From Candidatus Multivoradales bacterium (GTDB lineage: Bacteria > Acidobacteriota > Thermoanaerobaculia > Multivoradales > J023): a DNA stretch of 64,000 nucleotides. The translations under genes were made by a program, and so were the position numbers. This document shows, piece by piece, positions 28,488-39,620 of this stretch. The stretch's first letter is position 1. Every line of letters starts with the position of its first letter. The stretch covers positions 4,736,001 to 4,800,000 of the forward strand of contig CBDFLE010000006.1 of assembly GCA_965248925.1 (NCBI GenBank). The letters run 5' to 3'. Under the pieces are notes generated by a model. That model was not told where the DNA came from, did not search any database, and saw only the letters and a program-made list of their open reading frames with translations.

Positions 28488-28946
28488 ATGACCAAGACGA
28501 CGCGAACGATTCTGCTGGCCGGCGCCGCGATTCTGCTGGCGATGCTGACCGCCGGTTTGTTGTGTGCCGAGAACGAGGACTCGTTCCAAGTCATCGTCCA
28601 TGTGGACAACCCCACTCCGTCGATGAGCCGGGCCGAGGTGTCGCGCTTGCTGCTGAAGAAAGTGTCGCGCTGGAGCTTCGGCACCAAACCCTCTGCCCAT
28701 CCGGTGGATCAAGCCCAGGGGACAGCGATACGTGAAGCATTCTCACTGAAGATCCACAAGCGGAAGTCTTCGGCGGTGCGCTCTTACTGGCAGCAACGGA
28801 TCTTCTCCGGCCGTGGCGTGCCGCCACCCGAGGCGTCTAGTGACGCAGAGGTGGTGGAGTTTGTCCGTGACGACCTGGGGGGGATCGGATATGTCTCCAA
28901 AGCAGCAGTTTTGGAGGGTGTCAAGACCCTCAAAGTTACCGATTAA
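28488..28946 (+). CDS. Small periplasmic-binding-protein-like protein (PBP2/phosphate-binding-like)
   Basis: Signal peptide; VIVHVDNP...YWQQRIFSGRGVPP...VVEFVRDDLGGIGYV matches the small PBP family found beside porins and sensors. Confidence 0.8.
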   Translation: MTKTTRTILLAGAAILLAMLTAGLLCAENEDSFQVIVHVDNPTPSMSRAEVSRLLLKKVSRWSFGTKPSAHPVDQAQGTAIREAFSLKIHKRKSSAVRSYWQQRIFSGRGVPPPEASSDAEVVEFVRDDLGGIGYVSKAAVLEGVKTLKVTD

Positions 28947-28955
28947 GGCAAGGCG

Positions 28956-30953
28956 ATGTTGAATCTCAAACTACGAACCAAGATTCTGTTGATTCCGATC
29001 TGGGCGACCGTGGCCTTGCTGGTCATCCTGGGTCTCACTTTCCAAGCTCGCCGGAGTAGCGAAGTGCTGGTGGACGAAGTCGAGCTGGCTCGCGATCTGG
29101 AAGAGAAGTTCGTCGAGCTGGGGCGTCAGCTGCAAGATGCTTCCTCGGCGTTCGACCCCGATCTGCTGGGCGATGCTGACCAGATTCACCACGACTTCCA
29201 ACTTCTCGCCAACGGCAAGCGACTGGCGTCGAATGCCGCCGACCCGGGGTCGAATTCCGCGGCGGAGGGCGAATCACGGGCGTTATCTCAAGACTTGAAG
29301 CAGCGTCTGCTATCGATCCAGGAGCAGCTCGAAGCCTATTTTCAACTGGCGAGAGGCAACGTGCAGATGGAGATCGATGGCGACGGCGTGCTGGACTTCG
29401 AAGCAGTGCAACAGCAAGTGGAGAGCCAGAATGCGGTGGCACTGTCCCTGAGCAAGCTGGGTGAGGAAACTCGCCGGGCGATGGAGAGTTCCTTCAAGAC
29501 CACTTTGAACACGATTATCGCCTTGTCGATCTTCTTTATCGCCGTGCTGTTCGCTTTGTCGTGGTGGTTGGTGAGATCGATCACCCGGCCTCTTGGACGG
29601 GCAGTGGCGGTCAGTGAACAGGTCGCTCGGGGGGATCTCAGTGCTCAGGTCGAAGGGGCTAACACCGACGACGAGATCGGCCAACTGACCACTGCCAACG
29701 CTCGCATGTTGGCCTATCTGCGAGAGATGGCTGAGGTTGCCGACAGCATGGCGAAGGGTGATCTGACGGTTCTGGTTTCGCCCCGCTCGGAGCAAGACAC
29801 CTTTGGCCACGCCTTGCAGAAGATGGTCGACAACCTCAGCCGAATGATCGGCAATCTGAAGGAAACCGCCGGCCAGGTAGCTTCGTCTTCAGACGAGATC
29901 TCAGCCTCGGCGGCGCAGATCAACAAGGGTGCCGAGAACCAGAGTTCGTCCACCGAGGAGACCTCCTCGACGATGGTCGAGATGGCGGCGCAGATCGACA
30001 GCGTTGCCGGCTCGACCCGCAGTCTGGCCTCCAATGTCGACGAGACCTCGACCTCGATTCATGAGATGGGGGCGTCGATCGAGGAGGTGGCGAAGAATGC
30101 CGGCGTTTTGCTCGATTCGGTGTCCAAGAGCATCGAGACTAGCGAAGAGATGCTGAGTTCCTTCGACGCCATTGCCGCAAATGTTCGCCAGGTCGATCAG
30201 GCTAGCCGAAAAGCGAGTGAGGAAGCCCGTGAGGGCAGCAAGCAGCTGTCGGAAGTGATCAGCGGCATCGGCGCTTCGTCGAAGGACATCGGCAAGATCG
30301 TCCGGATCATCGAAGAGATCGCCGATCAAACTAACCTACTGTCAGTCAACGCGGCCATCGAGGCGGCCCATGCTGGCGAGGCTGGCAAGGGTTTTGCCGT
30401 GGTTGCAGATGAAGTCAAGCGGCTCGCAGAGCGCTCGGTGGGGTCGACCCGTGAGATATCTTCCTTTGTCGAGACGGTGCAGGAAGATACCGCCCGAGCG
30501 GTTTTCCTTTCGCAACGTTTGTTGACCCGGATGGTGGAATCGGTGTCGGGTACCAGCCAATTGGTGGGGGATGTGGCGCGTGCCACGGAAGAGCAGTCGA
30601 GTGGTGCGCGGATTGTTCTTGGCACTTCATCGCAGATGCACCAGATCGCCGAACAGCTGGCCCTGGCGGCCCGCGAGCAGGCCGATGGAGCGCGACAGAT
30701 CCTGCGCTCGGTGGAGTCGATGAACAGCATGACGCAGCAGGTTGCCGACGCCTCGGCCGAGCAGAAACGCGGTGGCGACTTGATCGTCCGGGCGATCGAA
30801 GAGATCGCCCAGGTGGCGCACCAGAATCTGGTCGCTACCGAGCAGCTGTCGCTGGCTACCCAGAGCTTGGCCAGCGACAGCGAGCGCCTGCAAGGGATGT
30901 CTGACGCCTTTTCTATCGCTGGCCAGGGCGCCTCCCGAGAGGTAGGACGATGA
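28956..30953 (+). CDS. Methyl-accepting chemotaxis protein
   Basis: Two TM helices, tandem [44 protein letters not shown] hairpin. Confidence 0.95.
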   Translation: MLNLKLRTKILLIPIWATVALLVILGLTFQARRSSEVLVDEVELARDLEEKFVELGRQLQDASSAFDPDLLGDADQIHHDFQLLANGKRLASNAADPGSNSAAEGESRALSQDLKQRLLSIQEQLEAYFQLARGNVQMEIDGDGVLDFEAVQQQVESQNAVALSLSKLGEETRRAMESSFKTTLNTIIALSIFFIAVLFALSWWLVRSITRPLGRAVAVSEQVARGDLSAQVEGANTDDEIGQLTTANARMLAYLREMAEVADSMAKGDLTVLVSPRSEQDTFGHALQKMVDNLSRMIGNLKETAGQVASSSDEISASAAQINKGAENQSSSTEETSSTMVEMAAQIDSVAGSTRSLASNVDETSTSIHEMGASIEEVAKNAGVLLDSVSKSIETSEEMLSSFDAIAANVRQVDQASRKASEEAREGSKQLSEVISGIGASSKDIGKIVRIIEEIADQTNLLSVNAAIEAAHAGEAGKGFAVVADEVKRLAERSVGSTREISSFVETVQEDTARAVFLSQRLLTRMVESVSGTSQLVGDVARATEEQSSGARIVLGTSSQMHQIAEQLALAAREQADGARQILRSVESMNSMTQQVADASAEQKRGGDLIVRAIEEIAQVAHQNLVATEQLSLATQSLASDSERLQGMSDAFSIAGQGASREVGR

Positions 30954-32845
30954 GTCGGGGCGACGCGACCTCGGCGTCCGAGCCCTCTTGGGAGGACTGT
31001 CGTCAGCTGCTCGATCGGCTGCCGCAGCTGCCGGTGGAGGAGAGGACAAGCGCTTTCGAGGATCTGGTGCGTAGCTCCAGTTCGGAGATCCGCAGCCAAG
31101 CCCTGCATCTCGGCGGCGCTGTCTTGTCGGATGATCGCTTAGTCGAGTATTTGGCCAACGACGACGATGCTGTTCTCCGCAACGCGGGTCTGGAGATTCT
31201 CAAGATGCGCGGTGGGCGGAGCTTTTCGACCGTCGTGGGTCTGCTCGGCGACGCCAATCCGGAAGTTGCGCTGCAAGCGGTGCTGATTCTCGACCACCTG
31301 AAGGATCCGCGAGCGCTGGAACCTGTCCGCCGGCTACTGTCGCATGCCGATCCGAACGTGCGGTCGGCGGTGATTACCGCCATTGGCCACCTTGGCGATG
31401 CCCGTGCCGTAGGGGATCTAACTCCCTTTATCGAGGGCGACCCGTGGTTGCAAATGTCGGCCATCGAGGCTCTGGGTGACCTGCGCTCGGGCGAGGCTGT
31501 TCCCCATCTCGGTGACTTGCTCACCGATCTGACGGTCGGCCCGATGGTGGCCGAAGCGTTGGCTCGAATCGGTGGTGAGCAAGCCTTTGTCCAGCTTTCC
31601 CGGCATTGGTTGAGTTTCTCCGACGATCTTGATCCTGAAGTCTCTCTGGGTCTCTTGGCCCATGTTCTTGAAGGTTTGGAGAGTCCGCCGTCCGCTTCCG
31701 AGGCGCTGCTCCAGCGGCTCAGCGACTACCTCCCCAGCGAGGCGGCTGGTGGCTCGGCGGCGCGCTGCCTGCTGATCTTTGGCCCGAGTGGGAATGATGG
31801 CCAAGCGCTCGACAACTTGGCGGCGAACTCTGCCGATCTTGCCGCCCTGCCGCCTTGCCTGGCGCATCGGGGTGATTTGATTGGCGAGTTGCTCGGTCGT
31901 GGGGCCGCTTTCTCGGGGTGGGGATTCTTGCTCGCCGCGAGGCAGCCGGAGACGGTGCCAGTAGCAGCATTGGCGGCGGCGGTGGCCGGGGTTGGCGAGG
32001 CGGTTGCCTTGCCAGCGGTGGCGGCGGCGTTGGCTGAGGTCGACGACCAGCAACTCGATATCCCCTTGCTCGATCTTTATCTGCGCTTGGCTCCCCTAGA
32101 GCGGGGTGAGTTGGGGGCCGCGCTAGCGCCAAGGCGCGAGCATCTGCTGGCCCTAGTGCCGCGCCGCGAGGATCTTGACGAATGTTCTGCGTTGGTCTTG
32201 CGGGCCTTACTCGGCGAACCCGCGGCCGAGGTGGCGGCCGGCATCGAGCGGTTGGCAAGCGTCGACCGCCGGACCGTGGTAGTGCAGATTCGCGACCGTT
32301 CAGACATCCTGTGCCTACTGCCGTGGGCAGACTGGATCGAGGCTGAAGCCGAGTCAATCGCCGCCTTGGCGGCCACGGTAGCGGCGCGCTGCCAACTGCG
32401 GAGTTTGCTGCCGCAGCTGCGCGGCCTGCTGTCGCGAGTGCCTGGCCCCGAGGTCATTCGCGCCCTTGGCGAAATGGGCGACCAAGACAGTGTGCGCGGC
32501 CTGATCGATCTACAACGTGGCCACGAGGAGCTACGGCCGGTGATCCTCAAGAGTCTCGGCGAGATCGGTGGCGGCGAGGCGCGAAAAGCGCTGCGGGAGG
32601 TGATCGACGGCCCGGATGCGACCCTTGAGCGGGTTGCTTTCCGGGCGTTGTCGCAATGTGCCACAGCGGCTGACGAAGCGCTCTTTCGCGATGCTATCGA
32701 GCATCCCGACTGGAATGTTCGCCTGGCGTGTGCCGAGGTGCTCGGGCGTTCTGCTCGGGTCGACAATCTCGGCGCCTTGGCACGATTGGTCGCTGATCCG
32801 GCGTCGATAGTTTCGCAACGCGCGCTGTCCTACCTCGAATCCTAA
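30950..32845 (+). CDS. HEAT-repeat protein
   Basis: Repeated D.dpnVR.aai.aLG.lgd units at both ends. Confidence 0.85.
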   Translation: MSRGDATSASEPSWEDCRQLLDRLPQLPVEERTSAFEDLVRSSSSEIRSQALHLGGAVLSDDRLVEYLANDDDAVLRNAGLEILKMRGGRSFSTVVGLLGDANPEVALQAVLILDHLKDPRALEPVRRLLSHADPNVRSAVITAIGHLGDARAVGDLTPFIEGDPWLQMSAIEALGDLRSGEAVPHLGDLLTDLTVGPMVAEALARIGGEQAFVQLSRHWLSFSDDLDPEVSLGLLAHVLEGLESPPSASEALLQRLSDYLPSEAAGGSAARCLLIFGPSGNDGQALDNLAANSADLAALPPCLAHRGDLIGELLGRGAAFSGWGFLLAARQPETVPVAALAAAVAGVGEAVALPAVAAALAEVDDQQLDIPLLDLYLRLAPLERGELGAALAPRREHLLALVPRREDLDECSALVLRALLGEPAAEVAAGIERLASVDRRTVVVQIRDRSDILCLLPWADWIEAEAESIAALAATVAARCQLRSLLPQLRGLLSRVPGPEVIRALGEMGDQDSVRGLIDLQRGHEELRPVILKSLGEIGGGEARKALREVIDGPDATLERVAFRALSQCATAADEALFRDAIEHPDWNVRLACAEVLGRSARVDNLGALARLVADPASIVSQRALSYLES

Positions 32846-32855
32846 GAGGCCGGGC

Positions 32856-33683
32856 ATGAACGATCGCCAGCCGACAATGAGCGAGGAGGAGTGTCTGCTG
32901 CTCGGCGAGCTGATCTCGACCCGTTTCGGCCTGCACTTTCCGGTACGTAAACGCGAGATCTTGGAATCGCGGCTGCGGCCGCGGCTCGAACTCTATAGCT
33001 TGCGCAGTTTCTTCGATTATTACTTGCTGCTGCTGGGGGAGAATAGCGGCGAACTCGAGCATCTGGCGCGGCTGGTGTCGAACAACGAGACCTATTTTTT
33101 CCGCGAGAGCTATCAATTCGAGGCTTTGTTGTTCGAACAGCTAGCTGAGGTGGTGGGCGACTCGGATCGGTTGCGGGTGCTATCGGCGGGGTGTTCGTCC
33201 GGCGAGGAGCCTTACACCTTGGGCATCATCTCGCTGCGTCACGCTCTACAGCTGGATGGCACCGCGGTTGAGATCGATGCTTTTGACATCGATCAGCGGC
33301 GAATCGAGATGGCGCGTCGGGGGGTCTACCGGTCCTACTCACTACGCAGTTTGGAGGCCGCTCAGAAGCGGCTCTATTTTCGCCAGCTCAAGGATGATCG
33401 GTTCGAATTGCGGCCCCTCTATCGCCAGCCAGTGCGCTTCGCGACTGGCAATATTGTGCAACTCGAGACCTTCCGGGCCAATGAGCCTTACGATGCAGTG
33501 TTCTGCCGCAATGTGCTGATTTACTTCGGCGCGGCAGCCTTGCACCAGGCGATCGACAATTTTGCTGCTGTGCTCCGTTCCGGAGGCTTGCTTTTTCTCG
33601 GTCATTCCGAGTCGATCATTGGCCTGGGCAAGCCCTTTGAGACCCTGCGTCTGGATCGCTGCATGGCCTATCGGCGGCTTTGA
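32856..33683 (+). CDS. cheR: CheR methyltransferase
   Basis: NNETYFFRE, SAGCSSGEEPYT, FCRNVLIYF, LFLGHSES. Confidence 0.95.
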   Translation: MNDRQPTMSEEECLLLGELISTRFGLHFPVRKREILESRLRPRLELYSLRSFFDYYLLLLGENSGELEHLARLVSNNETYFFRESYQFEALLFEQLAEVVGDSDRLRVLSAGCSSGEEPYTLGIISLRHALQLDGTAVEIDAFDIDQRRIEMARRGVYRSYSLRSLEAAQKRLYFRQLKDDRFELRPLYRQPVRFATGNIVQLETFRANEPYDAVFCRNVLIYFGAAALHQAIDNFAAVLRSGGLLFLGHSESIIGLGKPFETLRLDRCMAYRRL

Positions 33684-33821
33684 ACTCGCCGTCTTCTAAA
33701 CTCACCGTGGGTTGGACCCTTTGCCGGGGTCGAATCCGCTAGCATGAGCTTGATGCCTGGGGTCGAGGCGGCTCGATGGTCGCCGTGGTTACCTGGGCGC
33801 TGGGGAGCTAAGTCCATCGAT

Positions 33822-34862
33822 ATGAGGCGTATCCGTGTCGCGGTAGCCGACGACTCCAGCTTTGTTCGCCGGGCGATAGTGCGCCTGCTGCAGGAGCATC
33901 GGCAGATCTGGGTGGTGGGAGTCGCGGCCTCGGGGGAAGAATTACTCGCCAACCTCGGAGTTTGGCGTCCGGACGTGATCACTCTCGACCTGGCGATGCC
34001 GGGAATCGGCGGTCTGGCGACTCTTGATCGACTGATGATCACCCGCCCGACGCCGGTGATCATCTTCTCCACCCACTCCGGTCAAGGAGCGCCGCAGACT
34101 ATCGAGGCGCTGCATCGGGGAGCGGTCGATTTTATCGATAAGCAGCGCTATTCGATGGTCGACTTCGAGGCTCTGCGGCAGGTGCTGGTGGAGAAGATCC
34201 TACAAGTCTGCAGCCAGCGCCCGCGGCGCGGTCGCAGTCCCCGGTCAGCAGCCGCGGAGAACGCGCTTTTCGCCGGCCAGGTGGACTTGCTGGTCATCGG
34301 TGCGTCGACCGGTGGGCCGCCGGCTATTCAACAGATTCTCGAAGACTTGGGGCCGAATTTGAAAGTGCCGGTGGCGGTCGCCCAGCACATGCCCGAGGGC
34401 TTTACGCGAGCGTTTGCCAAGCGGATGAACGCGCATTTGTCGGTGGCGGTGCGCGAAGCGACGGATGGTGAGCGGTTGCAGCCGGGTACGGTCTACATAG
34501 CTCCCGCGAACTATCACCTGACTTTCGCCCAAGACATTGCTGGTGCCGGGTTGATCGCCCAGGTGGCGCGCACCCCGCTCGACACCGCGCACCATCCCTC
34601 GGTCGATCTGCTGTTCTCTTCAGCCGCGCGAGTAGTGGGTGGCGGCACCGTGGGGGTGCTGCTGACCGGCATGGGGCGCGATGGCAGCGAAGGGTTGATG
34701 GACCTGAGACAAGTCGGTGCCCACACCATTGCGCAGGACCAGGCCACCAGTGTGGTCTATAGCATGCCGAGCTCGGCGGTGGCTCTGGGTTCCGTCTGCG
34801 AAGTGCTACCGCTGGGCGAGATCGGCAGCCGGCTGCGGCGAATGCAAGCTCAACTCGACTAA
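33822..34862 (+). CDS. cheB: CheB response-regulator methylesterase
   Basis: REC domain (VADDS, TLDLAMP), GASTGGP, QHMP, PSVDLLF, LTGMGRDG. Confidence 0.95.
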   Translation: MRRIRVAVADDSSFVRRAIVRLLQEHRQIWVVGVAASGEELLANLGVWRPDVITLDLAMPGIGGLATLDRLMITRPTPVIIFSTHSGQGAPQTIEALHRGAVDFIDKQRYSMVDFEALRQVLVEKILQVCSQRPRRGRSPRSAAAENALFAGQVDLLVIGASTGGPPAIQQILEDLGPNLKVPVAVAQHMPEGFTRAFAKRMNAHLSVAVREATDGERLQPGTVYIAPANYHLTFAQDIAGAGLIAQVARTPLDTAHHPSVDLLFSSAARVVGGGTVGVLLTGMGRDGSEGLMDLRQVGAHTIAQDQATSVVYSMPSSAVALGSVCEVLPLGEIGSRLRRMQAQLD

Positions 34863-34896
34863 CTCGAAATCACTTCAACTGTACGCCCAGGTGGTG

Positions 34897-36516
34897 TCAG
34901 ACCGCCGGTTGGCCGGTCAGCTGACGCCGGAGAAGTTCGTTCTCGAATGCCACGCCGACCTGGGCGGCGGCCAATTCAAGCATTTCTAACTCGTCTACTG
35001 GCCTGTAGGCGTCGCCATTGTCGGCGTAGATAACCGCGATTACCCGTTCGGTGCCAACCACGGGGATCGCCACCACCTGGTCGAAGTTCGGGCGGCCGAT
35101 CTTGTTGGCCAGATTTTCGGGCAAGCGAGCGTCAGCGAAGCTCGACGAGTGTGACGAGCCGCTGTCGATGACATCGATCAGTGAGCAGCGATCAGTCATT
35201 CGCAGGTGCAGGCCGCCACAGAGCTGGGCCAAGGGCTTGCGATCGACACCGAAGCCGAAGGCGCCGAGGGAAGCCAGGGTGTCGGGGCGAGCGAGAAAGA
35301 GGATGGCCCGTTCGACAGACTCGCTGAGAATATGCATCAAGTTCAAGGCCATGGTTGCCGAGATAACGCCGGAGCGCAGGTCGGCTACGATGCGCCGCAA
35401 TTTGTTGAACCCGGCCTTGGCCTCTTTCTCGACTTCGCTGCGAAACTCACTGAAGCCACGATCACGCACCAAGCTCGCCAGGCAGGAGGCCACCGCCTGC
35501 GGCGCACTGGGCACCGCGGCGACGGCGCCGGCCTCGTAGCTGCGGGCGGTCTGGAGGACATCGTCGACCATGGTGACGACGGTGGCTCGGGGTCGCTGCC
35601 GACGGATACTTTCTACTGTGCCGAGGTCGAAATGGTCGCTTCGCAAGTCGATCAGGACCACTGGCGCGGGCTCACCGGGTAGGGCTGAGCCAGCGTCGCG
35701 CACTTCGACCTGACCGAGGTGGCCATTCTCTTGCGGCATGAAGCCGCGCAGCTGATCGATGAACTGCCCATCGTGGGTCAGTACTTGCAAGCGCGGCCGG
35801 TTCTGCGGACTCCGGGTCTGCGGGGTCGACCGGTTTTCCTTCGGTTGCGCCTGGCCGGGGGCCAGCACCGCGTCGGAGAACTCTGCTACATCGGCCAGGG
35901 TGAAGGTGGTGCCGGATTCCAGCGGTTCGCTGCGGTTGCGCCGCTCGCGGGCGGCGGCGACACCATTTTCCGGGATGCCGGTCATGCCCCCCCCGGTATC
36001 GTCGAGAGAGTCGCCCTCGTCGTACATCTGGGCGCCGCGAAGCAGTAGTTGCTCGGTGTTGAGGCGAATATTGGCCAGTACATCACCCGGATACATGCCG
36101 AGTTCATCGATCGGTTTGAGTTGATCGCGGACGAATTCGAATTCGCCTTCTTTCCAGATCATGACGCGGAAAATAGTGCGCTCGATCTGACGCGTCACCA
36201 CCTTGTGAATCTGATCGGTGCTGACCAGCTGGGTAGCGGTGAGCACTTGCCCCAACGACTGTCTCGGCCAGGCGCTGCCTTGGATGCGCAGAGCCTGATC
36301 GAGGGCGTCTTGGGTGATCAACCGGCGGGCCACTAACAACTCACCTAGCCGCTTCGAGTCGGGACTCAGGGCATTGATGATGCGGCCGCGATGAAAGGTG
36401 ATTTCAGCCCGCTGGTCGCGCCGGCTGAGGGTCAGCGTGCCAGTGCTGTGGCCGAGGTGAACGAACTGCAGAACGTCAGCAACGGTGACGTCTTCGAGAT
36501 TGCCGGAGATGCTCAT
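34897..36516 (-). CDS. DUF4388 (PATAN-like) + degenerate REC + GAF-like protein
   Basis: MSISGNLEDVTVADVLQFVHLGHSTGTL, RLGELLV, WKEGEFEF; C-terminal VIAVIYADN. Confidence 0.8.
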   Translation of the reverse strand: MSISGNLEDVTVADVLQFVHLGHSTGTLTLSRRDQRAEITFHRGRIINALSPDSKRLGELLVARRLITQDALDQALRIQGSAWPRQSLGQVLTATQLVSTDQIHKVVTRQIERTIFRVMIWKEGEFEFVRDQLKPIDELGMYPGDVLANIRLNTEQLLLRGAQMYDEGDSLDDTGGGMTGIPENGVAAARERRNRSEPLESGTTFTLADVAEFSDAVLAPGQAQPKENRSTPQTRSPQNRPRLQVLTHDGQFIDQLRGFMPQENGHLGQVEVRDAGSALPGEPAPVVLIDLRSDHFDLGTVESIRRQRPRATVVTMVDDVLQTARSYEAGAVAAVPSAPQAVASCLASLVRDRGFSEFRSEVEKEAKAGFNKLRRIVADLRSGVISATMALNLMHILSESVERAILFLARPDTLASLGAFGFGVDRKPLAQLCGGLHLRMTDRCSLIDVIDSGSSHSSSFADARLPENLANKIGRPNFDQVVAIPVVGTERVIAVIYADNGDAYRPVDELEMLELAAAQVGVAFENELLRRQLTGQPAV

Positions 36517-37172
36517 TGGCCTCCTTGGAGGAGTCGCACCAGACTCTCGAGACTGTGCAGCTTGCGGGCCGCCAGGGCGTAGGCTTCGGCGGCAAATAGT
36601 GCTGAAGCGGCATGCGCCGCCAGCAGATCAAGGATCTCTCGATCGTCGGAGGATAGGGCCGGTTTATGGTCGAATAACTTGTCCAGCACCAACACCCCGA
36701 CGATGACATTCTGCACCCTCAAGGGCACGACGGCCAGGGCTTCGCCTTTGCCTTCTCCGAGCCGGATGACGCCGTCTTCCAGGGTCTGGTCGACCAGGGG
36801 CTCGCCACCGCGATAGAAGTCACCAGCGAAGTGATTTGGCAGATGCCCGTCGGCGAATCCGCGGCGCAAGGCCAGGCGACAGTGTTCGCTGTCGGAATCG
36901 CGCCACAGCAGCGCGAAGCGTTCGGCACCGAGTAGGTCGACGGCTATTTCAGCGATGGTCGCTTGCACCTCTTCCGAGCTTTGGGCGGCGTACAGCTGGT
37001 AGGTGGCGACGAACATCTTCATGATCTGGCCGCCGCGGTTTTCAATCACCACCATTCGCTGGGTGAGGTCTTCGTTCTCGGCTTCCAGAGACCGCAAGCG
37101 CTCCTCGAGCTGCTGGGCGGTCGCCCGGGACTCGCTCTCTGGAGTGCTGGTCGGCTGTAATTCGGTCGCCAC
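36513..37172 (-). CDS. Coiled-coil + GAF domain protein
   Basis: LAVVPLRVQNVIVGVLVLDKLFDHK...DREILDLLAAHAASAL. Confidence 0.8.
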   Translation of the reverse strand: MATELQPTSTPESESRATAQQLEERLRSLEAENEDLTQRMVVIENRGGQIMKMFVATYQLYAAQSSEEVQATIAEIAVDLLGAERFALLWRDSDSEHCRLALRRGFADGHLPNHFAGDFYRGGEPLVDQTLEDGVIRLGEGKGEALAVVPLRVQNVIVGVLVLDKLFDHKPALSSDDREILDLLAAHAASALFAAEAYALAARKLHSLESLVRLLQGGQ

Positions 37173-37230
37173 TTTGAAGATCTCTGGTCGGTGCCTCTGA
37201 GGGAGACTCTCGCGAATTGCCGTCCGCTAC

Positions 37231-37599
37231 TCACAGGCGGGAGATGATCTTGAGCACCTCATCTGCCTGGAAGGGTTTCTTGATGTAGGCCGCGGCTCCC
37301 GCCTTGAGGCCCCGAATGGTGTCTTCTTCTTTGCCCTCGGTGCTGATGATCACCACCGGGATTTCGGCCACCGCGGGGGTCTCTTTGACTTTGGCAAGGA
37401 ACTCCAGGCCGTTCATCTTCGGCATGTTGATGTCGAGCAGGATGAGGTCGACCGTCGAGCTGCCAGTATGCTCACTGAGCCGCTGCAAGGCCTCCTGACC
37501 ATCCATGGCATGGATCAGTTCCGACTGGCGCAGCAGTGTGCCGAAGATTTTGTGGATCAACTTGGAGTCGTCGATTACCAGGACCTTTTTCGGTTCCAA
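37231..37599 (-). CDS. Single-domain response regulator (CheY-like)
   Basis: VLVIDDS, LLDINMPKMNG, ISTE, YIKKPF; probable TTG start at 37599. Confidence 0.9.
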   Translation of the reverse strand: MEPKKVLVIDDSKLIHKIFGTLLRQSELIHAMDGQEALQRLSEHTGSSTVDLILLDINMPKMNGLEFLAKVKETPAVAEIPVVIISTEGKEEDTIRGLKAGAAAYIKKPFQADEVLKIISRL

Positions 37600-37810
37600 A
37601 ACAAGTCCCCCTGCGGAGGGCCTCCCGGCCACTCTTTCGATCCACCGGTGGACCAATGGATCAGATTAGCCTCGGCCCTGGAGATCTCTTGCTCCACGGC
37701 CAGTCGAAAAACAGCAAGCTTCCAAGCTACCGCTGAAAGTATAGCCCGATTGCTACTTTTTGTCGCGGTGGCCTTCGCGGCGCCTTGACCGGCGCCGCTG
37801 CCTGGTTAGT

Positions 37811-39010
37811 TTAGAAGCTGAAGTGAGCACCGAGAACGATCAGCTCGGTCGAATCGTCGAGAATATTGAACAGCAACGCGCGCTCGATGTCCGCCGGGTT
37901 GTCGGGAAAGGCGAAGCGGTTGCCAGTGACATCGTGGTAACTCAGTTTGAGCACGAAATTGGGATTGAACCAGCGGTTCAATCCGATCGCCACCTCTTTG
38001 TGCTCCTCGGTTTGGCGCACCACCGGCGGTAGAGGAAGGGGCAGCAAGAGGTCAAAGTCCCAATCTTCGAAGCGTCCGGCGACTTCCCAATTCTCGTGCA
38101 AGCGGAAGGCGACTTCACTGTAACCACCGTTGGTCTCGAAGGCGCCGTCCCGCTCTTGGTGGGTGAACTCTGAGCGCACTATCCAGCGCCCAGAGAGGTA
38201 CTCGGCATGCAGACCCCAGGTATCGACATCCGTAGGCACGTTGCCGCCGAGCACCGAAGCGATGGTCTGCTCGCCGGTGTAGGCTGAGAGGCCGATCTTG
38301 AAGCCGTCGACCGGGGTCAGCAGGTCAAGTTTTACGCCGATCATGTCGCGAGTTACGAATTTGGAATCGACGAAGCCGCTCAGCCGCAGGTCCTGATCGG
38401 CGGCTAGCAGGCTGGGAATGCGGAATTCTCCCTTCAGTTGGCCGATATAGAGATCGTACTGAAGACCAAACTCTCCGGGGTTGTGATGTAGCCCGGTGAT
38501 GCCAATGCCGTTGTAAAACTCGGCGATTACCCCCTGCGGGCCATAGATCGACTGCGGTAGCAGAAAGAAAGGGCGCAAAGTGCCGACGTTGAAGAATTCG
38601 GCATAGAGCGCGAAGGGATGGGGAACGCGGCCGACACGTAGCTTCAATGAGTCCGAAAAGGCCCATTCGGCAAAGGCGTACTCGAGTTCCGCGACGGCTT
38701 CGCCCTGGTCGTCTTCGAGGAATTGTATTTGGCCGACCAAGGTCAGCTGGTCCGCCGGTGTAGCGGTGATGTTGAGCGTCAAGTCCGCGTTGTCGTAGCT
38801 GCCTTCGTCGTCACCGACGGAATAGGCGTTGCCATCGGTCTTGCCGTAAGCCCAGCCGCCGAAGCCGTGCAGGACTACTTTGTCTCCTAGATCTAATGCC
38901 GACGCCGCTCCGGCAAAGCCGAGAATGATCGTCACCATCGCTCCCCCGGCGATGATCATTCTTGCTTTGTGCGTGGCGCGGCCCCTCTGGTCCCCTGAGA
39001 TGAGCCCCAT
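37811..39010 (-). CDS. Outer-membrane beta-barrel (porin-like)
   Basis: RBS AAGGAG; signal peptide; LEYAFAEW...LKLRVGR; alternating beta pattern; terminal Phe (GAHFSF). Confidence 0.8.
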   Translation of the reverse strand: MGLISGDQRGRATHKARMIIAGGAMVTIILGFAGAASALDLGDKVVLHGFGGWAYGKTDGNAYSVGDDEGSYDNADLTLNITATPADQLTLVGQIQFLEDDQGEAVAELEYAFAEWAFSDSLKLRVGRVPHPFALYAEFFNVGTLRPFFLLPQSIYGPQGVIAEFYNGIGITGLHHNPGEFGLQYDLYIGQLKGEFRIPSLLAADQDLRLSGFVDSKFVTRDMIGVKLDLLTPVDGFKIGLSAYTGEQTIASVLGGNVPTDVDTWGLHAEYLSGRWIVRSEFTHQERDGAFETNGGYSEVAFRLHENWEVAGRFEDWDFDLLLPLPLPPVVRQTEEHKEVAIGLNRWFNPNFVLKLSYHDVTGNRFAFPDNPADIERALLFNILDDSTELIVLGAHFSF

Positions 39011-39620
39011 GCGCTTTCTCCTTGGTCTGCTGTTCTCGAAATCACGGCCCAAGGGCCGCAGGAGGGGAAGTGTATAACAATCCACCTGGGCTTTTTTCGA
39101 TTGATTGAACGTGGAGTGATGAATTCACGGGTGATGGAGGAAAATCTGTCAGATCGTGACGACCTCTCTCTCCTGCTGCCCCGGCAGATGAATAGATGAG
39201 GCGGCGGCGTACCTGCTGCCCGGGGCCTCGGGTCATCCAGCTCCGTCTTGAGTATCGGACTAGCTGCTGGTATCACCAGACTCGAAGCCGTCTTCGAAGA
39301 TCGGAGCCTCGGGCGCAGCCTCCCTTGCGATCGAGAAGTAGCGGTAGCGCAAGCCAGTGCCGTTGGGCATCGAGCCGTCGGCGACACTGACAGCTCGATG
39401 CCCACATTCACTTGCCGGGTTCCGGAGCCTGCGCTCGGCTCATCAGGCTGCGCTTTTACGAAGGTTTGAAGTCCCTCGCTAGGGTGTGACGCCCCGGGCG
39501 GGACGGAGAGAAACGCGCCTATTTTCACCCGTTTGGGTAGTTCCCGAGACTTCAGAGTTTAGGGGTGGAAGATGAGGCAGGTCCGTGCGCGCTTCGCCGC
39601 GATGTGATGAGATCGGCGCG

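Noticed and set aside
39086-39620. Genes in the porin-transketolase gap (e.g. 38956-39528, 39248-39469)
   Set aside because: No recognisable motifs or RBS; treated as divergent promoter region.
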